From an uncultured virus (IMG/VR IMGVR_UViG_3300024264_000009) (Duplodnaviria > Heunggongvirae > Uroviricota > Caudoviricetes), in IMG/VR virus record IMGVR_UViG_3300024264_000009: a stretch of DNA of 64,000 bases, one strand, 5' to 3'. Below are positions 57,330 through 64,000 of this stretch, one piece after another; the first letter of the stretch is position 1; every line of letters begins with the position of its first letter. The position numbers and the translations under genes were made by a program. Under the pieces are notes generated by a model that was given only the letters and a program-made list of their open reading frames with translations, was not told where the DNA came from and made no database searches.

Positions 57330-59003
57330 TTAGGAGTATAGAACCCATAAATCACCAACTGCACCATCTCCACTTGAAGGAGCTGAAGTTGATTGATAAA
57401 CGTTTCTTGCAGTTCCACCAGCATTCGTTGCATTGGTGATTGTTATCGCACCTGAGGCAATAGTTCCTAATGATACATTTGAACCACTTTCATATTTTGT
57501 GTCCAATGCAGTCTGTAATCCATCAACATTTGCAATGATATGATTATGTGAATCATCTGCGATTGTTGCTGTGATTGAGATATCTGCAGAACCATTGAAT
57601 GAAGCAGAACCTGAAAGGTCTCCACCCAAACTAATTGTTCTTGCAGTTTCTAAGACTGTTGCTGAACCAGCATTTCCTGAAGTTGTTCCAGTGACATTAC
57701 CAGTTAAGTTTCCTTCAAAAGTCGCTGCAACAAAAGTTTCTGAACCAACAGACCATTTGTCGTTTGTTTCGTCCCAAAGAAGTGTCTTAGCAGCAGAACC
57801 ACCACGAGTCACACTGATACCAGTGTCTTCTGTTGGTGAACCTGAAGTGAAATTACTGTTTAATGCAATAATATTATCTGCAAGTGATATAGTTTCTGAA
57901 TTAACTGTAGTAGTTGTTCCTGAAACTGTTAAGTTTCCAGTGATTGCAACATCGTCATTTAATGTGACATTACCTGTTCCATTTCCTGTTAACACTAAGT
58001 TAGTGTCTGTGCTTCTTGATTCAATTGCATCTACATCAATCGAGTTTGAGAATTGAATTGCATTTCCATCTGATGAAGATATAGCATTTGATGCTTGTAT
58101 CTGCATAGGTGCTTTAATTTGTATATTACCTGTTCCAGTTGCATCTAATTCGATATCACCTGAACCACCTGTTTGAAGTGATACGTTTTGGTCATCGTCT
58201 GCAGAAATAGTAATTGTTCCTGAATTATCTGAAACCACTTGTTGTCCATTAACATATAATGAACCTGGCCCAACATAGATATCTCTCCATTGTTTACTTG
58301 CAGAACCTAAGTCGTAAGTAATGTCTGTAGTTGGAACAATATTTGCATCTACAGTTGCTAGTGAAGTCATCACTCTTGCATCTGTGAAATAGAGGTTATT
58401 TGAACCTTCAGCAGTTTCGTCTGTTGTTTGTCCATCGACATATGCTTTTACTGATTGTTGTGATGGGAGTTTAGTAGCACTATCAGATGACATATTATCT
58501 TCGTCAATTAATGCATTTGTTATTCTCGCATCTGCTCTTGCATCTGTGTAATAAAGGTTTGAACTTCCTTCTGATAATGAATCTGTATCTGCAGCTGCGA
58601 TTCTTGCGTCTGCTCTTGCATCAGTATAATACTGATTTGTTGAACCTTCTGATAATGCATCTGTATCGAATGAAGAAAGACTTACTGTAAAGTCTATAGT
58701 TCCGTCTCCGTCTTCGTATGCAACTGTAATACCTGATTCGGTATTACCTGACATCATTCCACCAACAATGTCTTGTATTTCTTCTGTTGTTTTTCCTGTT
58801 GATGAGATTGTAATTGTATCAGCAGTGTCATCATAAGTCACAGTCGTTGAACCTGACCCCTGAATTATTCCACCGATTTTATCTGCGATTGCTTCTTGAA
58901 CCGCTGCACCTACTCCACCTGCGGCAATATTACCACTGGAGTCGATTACCTCTACACCACCAACGGATAAACCATTTTTAATATTAAAATTCTTTGCTGT
59001 CAT
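57330..59003 (-). CDS. Tail fibre protein
   Basis: S/T/G/D-rich; TDxLSEGSxNxYYTDARA repeats; GNLTVSGTTTTVNS; C-terminal P..GDG.VGDLW. Confidence 0.85.
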   Translation of the reverse strand: MTAKNFNIKNGLSVGGVEVIDSSGNIAAGGVGAAVQEAIADKIGGIIQGSGSTTVTYDDTADTITISSTGKTTEEIQDIVGGMMSGNTESGITVAYEDGDGTIDFTVSLSSFDTDALSEGSTNQYYTDARADARIAAADTDSLSEGSSNLYYTDARADARITNALIDEDNMSSDSATKLPSQQSVKAYVDGQTTDETAEGSNNLYFTDARVMTSLATVDANIVPTTDITYDLGSASKQWRDIYVGPGSLYVNGQQVVSDNSGTITISADDDQNVSLQTGGSGDIELDATGTGNIQIKAPMQIQASNAISSSDGNAIQFSNSIDVDAIESRSTDTNLVLTGNGTGNVTLNDDVAITGNLTVSGTTTTVNSETISLADNIIALNSNFTSGSPTEDTGISVTRGGSAAKTLLWDETNDKWSVGSETFVAATFEGNLTGNVTGTTSGNAGSATVLETARTISLGGDLSGSASFNGSADISITATIADDSHNHIIANVDGLQTALDTKYESGSNVSLGTIASGAITITNATNAGGTARNVYQSTSAPSSGDGAVGDLWVLYS

Positions 59004-59263
59004 TAGAATGTTCCTCCATCTAATTGTGGTAATGATAACTCACCATTTGATGAGTTGTAGTTTAAATTTGTTTCCCCACTTGCAAGACTTATAGCACCCC
59101 TTGCAAGAGAGTTTGAAAAGTATTGATTCACCGAACCTTCTGCAAGATTATCAGTGTCTAGTAATGATAATGCACTAGCTGCTAATTTACCAGCACTAGA
59201 TATGATTTCAGTAGTTCCTACTGTTAAACCATACTCAATTACGAATGTATTTTGTGTTGCCAT
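59003..59263 (-). CDS. Small fibre-associated protein
   Basis: F.IEYGL.V N-terminus, TDNLAEGS repeat, DGGTF C-terminus. Confidence 0.75.
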   Translation of the reverse strand: MATQNTFVIEYGLTVGTTEIISSAGKLAASALSLLDTDNLAEGSVNQYFSNSLARGAISLASGETNLNYNSSNGELSLPQLDGGTF

Positions 59264-59362
59264 TGAGTTGAATCCCCTTCATTTGATATTTACCTGAATA
59301 TTTATAAACTATGTCTCCCTAAAAGAGAGGTATATGGTTAATAAATGAAATTAAATGAAACT

Positions 59363-59614
59363 TTATTCAGGCATTGGTGCATCAGCAGCTGCTTCACATA
59401 CACCTAATGTATATGCTTGGTCAATTTGTGCTTCTTCACCTGTCGCAAGAGTGACACCATTTACATTGCAGTGTAAAATCAATGCAGAGAGAATCTCTTC
59501 TTTAGCAATTCTTGCTCTATTTTGTGCAGCGTTAGTAATCCAATCATCTATATCTGTAGTGATTGTATCCATAACTTTCTTTTCTGTTGCAGTTAATGTA
59601 ATTGTATAATCCAT
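59363..59614 (-). CDS. Small fibre-associated protein (possible chaperone)
   Basis: Directly follows the C1q-tipped fibre gene. Confidence 0.7.
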   Translation of the reverse strand: MDYTITLTATEKKVMDTITTDIDDWITNAAQNRARIAKEEILSALILHCNVNGVTLATGEEAQIDQAYTLGVCEAAADAPMPE

Positions 59615-59622
59615 AATTCTAT

Positions 59623-61545
59623 TTATCCTATTAAAAATCCACTGAAGTTATTGTATTCAGATGCAGAACCTTGCCAACCTGAACTTGTTCCTGATTCTCC
59701 AACATATGCATCAATGTAATCATTTGCAGCTAATTTTAATGATATCGACATGTCAAATCTAGTATGATACCCACCAGTTTTATGTTGTAAATTGTATTGC
59801 ACTATTGAACCATTCTTTCTAAGTGCTACCCATGCTTGAACAACACCACCTGAGTCATGTGTTTGCACACTAAAGGAGAACCAATATCTACCAGCAACTG
59901 GTGCAGTGAATCTTCCATTTGAAGTATTGTAATGACTTCCATCGTTATGGTTTCTACTACCAGTTGTTGAATCACAAACAAAAACATTATCATCAGTTTG
60001 ATATCCATTGTTTTTTGCAACACTAAATGCAACTTGATTCGGTGCAGTGATATATCCTTCGTTAGTGATTGTCATTTTTGCATCAGACGGAGATGCATTT
60101 GTTTGGTCTGCGGAACTGTTAAGAGCAAATATTAAATCTCCTCTTGCATAACTTTGTGCTATGTCTTTAAAAATGATTGCAGCTTTAGTATTAGATTCCT
60201 CTCCAGCAAGACCTATACCAGTCCAAACTGCAGAGTTATTTGTGCTTCCTTCAATTCTTAATGCATAATCATCATCGGTATCTGTATGAATATTTACTTT
60301 GTGATTTGCAATACTTGTTCCAATACCAACATTTGCAGAGTTGTTTATGTGAATAACATTCGTATCATCTTGTGATTGAATGATTGTAGTCACACCACTT
60401 GTGATAATTCCGTCTGCAGTTGAAGAATTTGTAATAACACCAGTTGAACTATCGTATGAAATTCCAGTTCCAGCACTTATTGCACTTCTAGCGTCTGAGT
60501 CTGCATATTGTGTTATTGTGTTATTAAATGTTGTTCCCGATAGACTCAATCCAGTTCCAGCACTATATGTTGTATCAGTATTTGAAACTGTATTTGTAAT
60601 AACACCAGTTGAGGAGTTATATGAGATACCTGTTCCAGCACTTATTGCACTTCTAGCGTCTGAGTCTGCATATTGAGTTATTGTGCTACTAAAAGTTGTT
60701 CCCGATAAACTTAACCCAGTTCCAGCACTATATGTTGTGTCTGTATCTGAAACTGTATTTGTTATTACTCCAGTTGAACTATCATATGATATTCCAGTTC
60801 CAGCACTTATTGCACTTCTAGCGTCTGAGTCTGCATACATTGTAGGTTCTGAGTAAGATATAACACCCGTTGAACTGTTATATGCAAGATTTCCACTAAC
60901 ACTTATTGCACTTCTAGCGTCTGAATCAGTATATGTTGTATCGGAATCTGAATATGATATTACACCAGTTGAAGAATTATAAGATAAATCACCACTAACA
61001 CTTATTGCACTTCTAGCGTCTGAATCAGTATATTGTGTTGGGATATCTCCGAATGATAAAGCACCACTTCCGTTTGTTTTTAAAAATTGTCCGTTTGTTC
61101 CGTCTGAAGTAGGATAGGTGATAGAAGACCCTGTAAGAGCATTGGTTGCAGTCAAAGTGGTTGCAGTTAAGTCACCCACCTGTAAGTCTGCAAGTGTATA
61201 ACCTGTTCCACTAGTATTGACTGTAGTCGATGGTTCTACTTCTAATCCGTCAAATAATTTCCAAGTTGAATCTGTTGCATCTCTAAAGAATCCAGTGTAT
61301 TCTGATACTCCGTCACCTAATCCGTCATCATAGTTTCCGTAAATACCGATATCAAGTGTATCAGAAGATACGTTTGCATTTGCAAGCTCTAACATTGAGT
61401 CTTCCACCGAAGTCGTGGAAGAGTTTACTGTTGTTTGGGTTCCATTGACTGTTAGGTTGCCTGATACAGTGACGTTTCCGTCTACTTGTAGGTCTGCATC
61501 TGTCTTTATACCTAAATCTGCACTGAATTTTGAATTAGTTGCCAT
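59623..61545 (-). CDS. Tail fibre with C-terminal C1q-like domain
   Basis: VAFSV...YNTSNGRFTAPVAGRYWFSF...LAANDYI...FSGFLIG; YxDSDARSAIS repeats. Confidence 0.88.
   Translation of the reverse strand: MATNSKFSADLGIKTDADLQVDGNVTVSGNLTVNGTQTTVNSSTTSVEDSMLELANANVSSDTLDIGIYGNYDDGLGDGVSEYTGFFRDATDSTWKLFDGLEVEPSTTVNTSGTGYTLADLQVGDLTATTLTATNALTGSSITYPTSDGTNGQFLKTNGSGALSFGDIPTQYTDSDARSAISVSGDLSYNSSTGVISYSDSDTTYTDSDARSAISVSGNLAYNSSTGVISYSEPTMYADSDARSAISAGTGISYDSSTGVITNTVSDTDTTYSAGTGLSLSGTTFSSTITQYADSDARSAISAGTGISYNSSTGVITNTVSNTDTTYSAGTGLSLSGTTFNNTITQYADSDARSAISAGTGISYDSSTGVITNSSTADGIITSGVTTIIQSQDDTNVIHINNSANVGIGTSIANHKVNIHTDTDDDYALRIEGSTNNSAVWTGIGLAGEESNTKAAIIFKDIAQSYARGDLIFALNSSADQTNASPSDAKMTITNEGYITAPNQVAFSVAKNNGYQTDDNVFVCDSTTGSRNHNDGSHYNTSNGRFTAPVAGRYWFSFSVQTHDSGGVVQAWVALRKNGSIVQYNLQHKTGGYHTRFDMSISLKLAANDYIDAYVGESGTSSGWQGSASEYNNFSGFLIG
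60425..61040 (-). repeat. Five YxDSDARSAIS...YxSSTGVI coding repeats
   Basis: cacttattgcacttctagcgtctga occurs five times. Confidence 0.88.
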
Positions 61546-61594
61546 AAACTACCATTTATATTTGTCTAAATCTATTTATGGTTTTTTTCAAGTC

Positions 61595-61626
61595 AAAAAA
61601 AGGGGAACCGAAGTTCCCCTAAAAAA
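61595..61626 (-). terminator. Intrinsic terminator
   Basis: AGGGGAAC-TTCG-GTTCCCCTTTTTTT. Confidence 0.88.
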
Positions 61627-61646
61627 GAATTTTTATAAAGTTGATG

Positions 61647-62057
61647 TTAAGCGTCTACCACTGTTCTATCAAATTTGACGATTGTGCTATTAGCACTCGC
61701 AGGTGTAATAAGTAATCTAACGTCATTTCCACTAATATCTGCATCAAAAGTTGCAAGATTAGTATCTTTCAATGTTCCATATGAAGTCATTGTCACTGTA
61801 GAACCATCGTGAACTAACATAATTTCGGTTGAATGGAAGTTTGTTCCTTCGTCCATTGCAATAACATACCTTGCAGCTCTATACGATGCATGGGCAAATG
61901 TATCGAGTGCAACTTCTGTTGTTGCTGTATATGTTGTTCCACCAGTCTGTTTATTCTTAGACTGTATGGCTTTAGTTGTGACTATTTCATCATTCGCAAC
62001 ATCAAAAGTGATAGCACGGATTAACTCAGCAATTTTAAAAGCATTTGTTTTAGCCAT
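61647..62057 (-). CDS. Virion structural beta-sandwich domain protein
   Basis: DTF...YRAARY...EIMLVHDGS...YG...FDADISGNDVRLLITP. Confidence 0.75.
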   Translation of the reverse strand: MAKTNAFKIAELIRAITFDVANDEIVTTKAIQSKNKQTGGTTYTATTEVALDTFAHASYRAARYVIAMDEGTNFHSTEIMLVHDGSTVTMTSYGTLKDTNLATFDADISGNDVRLLITPASANSTIVKFDRTVVDA

Positions 62058-62068
62058 TTCTTATCTCC

Positions 62069-63190
62069 TTACAATGTTGTTTTCTTTACAGAAACAGTTG
62101 TGTTAGTATTAACAGGTGTTATTAGAAGTCTCTGTGAACTTCCTGAAACATCTGCACTTAATGTAAACAACGATGCATTGGTGAATACATCACCGAATTG
62201 GACAAAGTATGCGTCCGAACCATCGTTTGTTAAAGTCACCTCTGCATAATGTGAACCAGCACTAGCATGTGTTGCTACGAGTTCATATTTAATACCTTTA
62301 ACTCCTGTTGAAACACTAGACAACACTTGGTCTGCTGTAGTAGCAGAGAATGTTGTAGAATTTCCTTGAGCAGGAAGTGAGATATATGAACTACTTACTG
62401 ATGTGTCTGTATTAACTGGTGTGATTAATAATCTCATGTCTGAACCACTGATATCAGTGGACAAACTAAACAAACTTGCATTCGTAAATGTGTCTGCAAA
62501 TTGAGATATGAATGAATCAGAACCATCGTTAACAAGGACTACTTCTGCAAAGTGATTACCTGCTGAAGCATGAGTTGCAACTAAATTTACTTTAATTGCT
62601 TTCGTGCTTGTTGGCACCACTATCAATGACTGGTTAGCTGTAGTTGCTGAGAAACTACTACTTCCTGTGGAAGCAGAAGAAGCTGCAGAACTAGGTGTTC
62701 TAACTACCAGTGTATCACCACTTACTGCATTTGCAGATAGAGTAATAACTGATGTGCTTGTCGTTGTATAGTCGGCACCACCATCTACTAATAAAACACC
62801 ATTCAAGTATACCTGTTCATCACCAATTGAGTAGGACAATGTTTGTCCGTCATCATCGTTTCCTGAGAAAGCTGTGGTGTTTGAAGAAACAGTAAAAGTA
62901 AATAAACTATCTGATGCTGACGCTGAGTCTGCAAAAGAAAGTGAACCACTTCCGTCTGTTTGTAATACTTGTCCTGATGTCCCATCACTAGTTGGGAAAG
63001 TAATAGCATCATTAATTGTCAAAGAGGCTGGGACTGACCCGACCTCAACAATAGCAGCTGAACCATCATTCTTCTCTGTGTAAACCCTACCATGGTAGGT
63101 GTTTAACGCGAGTTCTCCTACTACTATATCACTAGTAGTCGGGACTGCGTTCTGAGTAGAACTCTTTTTAAATGTAATTACAGTTGCCAT
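62069..63190 (-). CDS. Fibre connector protein with two copies of the same beta-sandwich domain
   Basis: N-terminal FKKSS...P...GELALN; VYLNGVLL; duplicated ATHASAG.H.AEV.L.NDGSD...RLLITP. Confidence 0.78.
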   Translation of the reverse strand: MATVITFKKSSTQNAVPTTSDIVVGELALNTYHGRVYTEKNDGSAAIVEVGSVPASLTINDAITFPTSDGTSGQVLQTDGSGSLSFADSASASDSLFTFTVSSNTTAFSGNDDDGQTLSYSIGDEQVYLNGVLLVDGGADYTTTSTSVITLSANAVSGDTLVVRTPSSAASSASTGSSSFSATTANQSLIVVPTSTKAIKVNLVATHASAGNHFAEVVLVNDGSDSFISQFADTFTNASLFSLSTDISGSDMRLLITPVNTDTSVSSSYISLPAQGNSTTFSATTADQVLSSVSTGVKGIKYELVATHASAGSHYAEVTLTNDGSDAYFVQFGDVFTNASLFTLSADVSGSSQRLLITPVNTNTTVSVKKTTL

Positions 63191-63228
63191 TTGACTCTCC
63201 TAAAGTTATTGATTAAACGAATTATTAA

Positions 63229-64000
63229 TTAAAATGTCCCGCCGTCAATAGCTGTAATTGCAACATCACCTGAAGTGAGTGTGAAATTACTTGAGTCGAA
63301 TGAAGCTATACCTTTAGATGATGTTGTTGCATCATTGATTGCTACATCACCTGAAGTCACTGTGAAATAACTTGCACCAAAAGAAGCAATACCTTTGTTG
63401 GCATCTGTTGCGTCTTCTGCAGAAAGTGTAATACTTCCGTCTGCATTTGTTATATCAAGTCCTTCACCAGCAGTAATTGTTGCAAGTTCCATGTCTCCAT
63501 TAGAACCATTACCAATTAATACTTGACCTGCTGTTGGAGCAGCTCCGTCTACTGAAGTGATTGAACCACTTAATGCTAATCCACTAGCTGCAATACCACC
63601 GAATTTAACGTCACCAGCTGTTCCTGAGAAAGTTGATGAAGAATCAGTTGCGTCTGCAAAGAATGTGAATTTACCATCTGTATCGTCCATACCGAAGAAA
63701 CCAATTTTAGCTCCACCTGAATTATACTTAAATTTAATACCTCTATCTAAGTTATCATCAGCTGAATCGTCACCGATTTCAAATACTGGGTCAGCTACTG
63801 AAGTAGTAGTTGAATTTACAGTTGTAGTAGTTCCGTTAACTGTCAAGTTTCCAGTCACAACAACGTTTCCACTTGCAGTCATTGTTGATGCAGTGATATC
63901 GTCTGATTGTAATTGACCTGAAACAATTAAGTTATTTGTGACTGTTAAGTCGTTTCCAACTGTCACGTCACTAGGTAAACCTACTGTTAAAGTTTGTCCT
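63229..64000 (-). CDS. Tail fibre protein, 5' end outside the window
   Basis: Frame is open to the window edge; GNLTVNGTTTTVNS, DRGI.F.Y, KGIASF repeats, DGGTF end. Confidence 0.82.
   Translation of the reverse strand, partial: GQTLTVGLPSDVTVGNDLTVTNNLIVSGQLQSDDITASTMTASGNVVVTGNLTVNGTTTTVNSTTTSVADPVFEIGDDSADDNLDRGIKFKYNSGGAKIGFFGMDDTDGKFTFFADATDSSSTFSGTAGDVKFGGIAASGLALSGSITSVDGAAPTAGQVLIGNGSNGDMELATITAGEGLDITNADGSITLSAEDATDANKGIASFGASYFTVTSGDVAINDATTSSKGIASFDSSNFTLTSGDVAITAIDGGTF

Noticed and set aside
59623..60100. Diversity-generating retroelement target at the C1q fibre tip
   Set aside because: No reverse transcriptase or template-repeat copy was seen in the window.
75..63916. The many + strand ORFs in the track
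   Set aside because: They lie antisense to well-supported minus-strand genes and show no recognisable motifs.
1..64000. tRNA/rRNA genes or alternative genetic code
   Set aside because: No cloverleaf was recognised in the short intergenic gaps (tRNAscan not run). Core genes translate full-length in the standard code, with TAA, TAG and TGA all used as stops.

Overview
AT-rich 64-kb segment of a T4-like (myovirus) phage genome, probably marine. Essentially all real genes are on the minus strand; the plus-strand ORFs in the track look like antisense shadows. In transcription order (right to left) it carries: modular tail-fibre genes; two small Pro/Tyr/Gln-rich repeat proteins followed by a cassette of putative modifying enzymes (glycosyltransferase fusion, 2OG-Fe(II) oxygenases); the neck/tail/packaging/head block gp13-gp23 and gp3; uvsY, uvsW, gp55, gp47, gp46; peptide deformylase; an early region (VWA protein, CobS-like AAA ATPase); gp45, gp44, gp62, regA; a curli-type operon (csgF, csgG, two curlin-like proteins, FecR-domain protein, CHASE2 adenylate cyclase); hsp20, peroxiredoxin, DNA methyltransferase, lysozyme; gp43, iscU, nuclease, uvsX and gp41. 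The most striking unexplained signal is at 55692-57273. Each of the two adjacent repeat proteins has a 206-aa tract of 29 Pro-initiated segments, and the order of segment lengths in one is the exact reverse of the other. Facing segments also follow consistent complementary pairing rules, which suggests an antiparallel, sequence-coded protein duplex. Gene calls come from motif recognition and synteny only; no database searches were run. No tRNA, rRNA, CRISPR array or mobile element was recognised.
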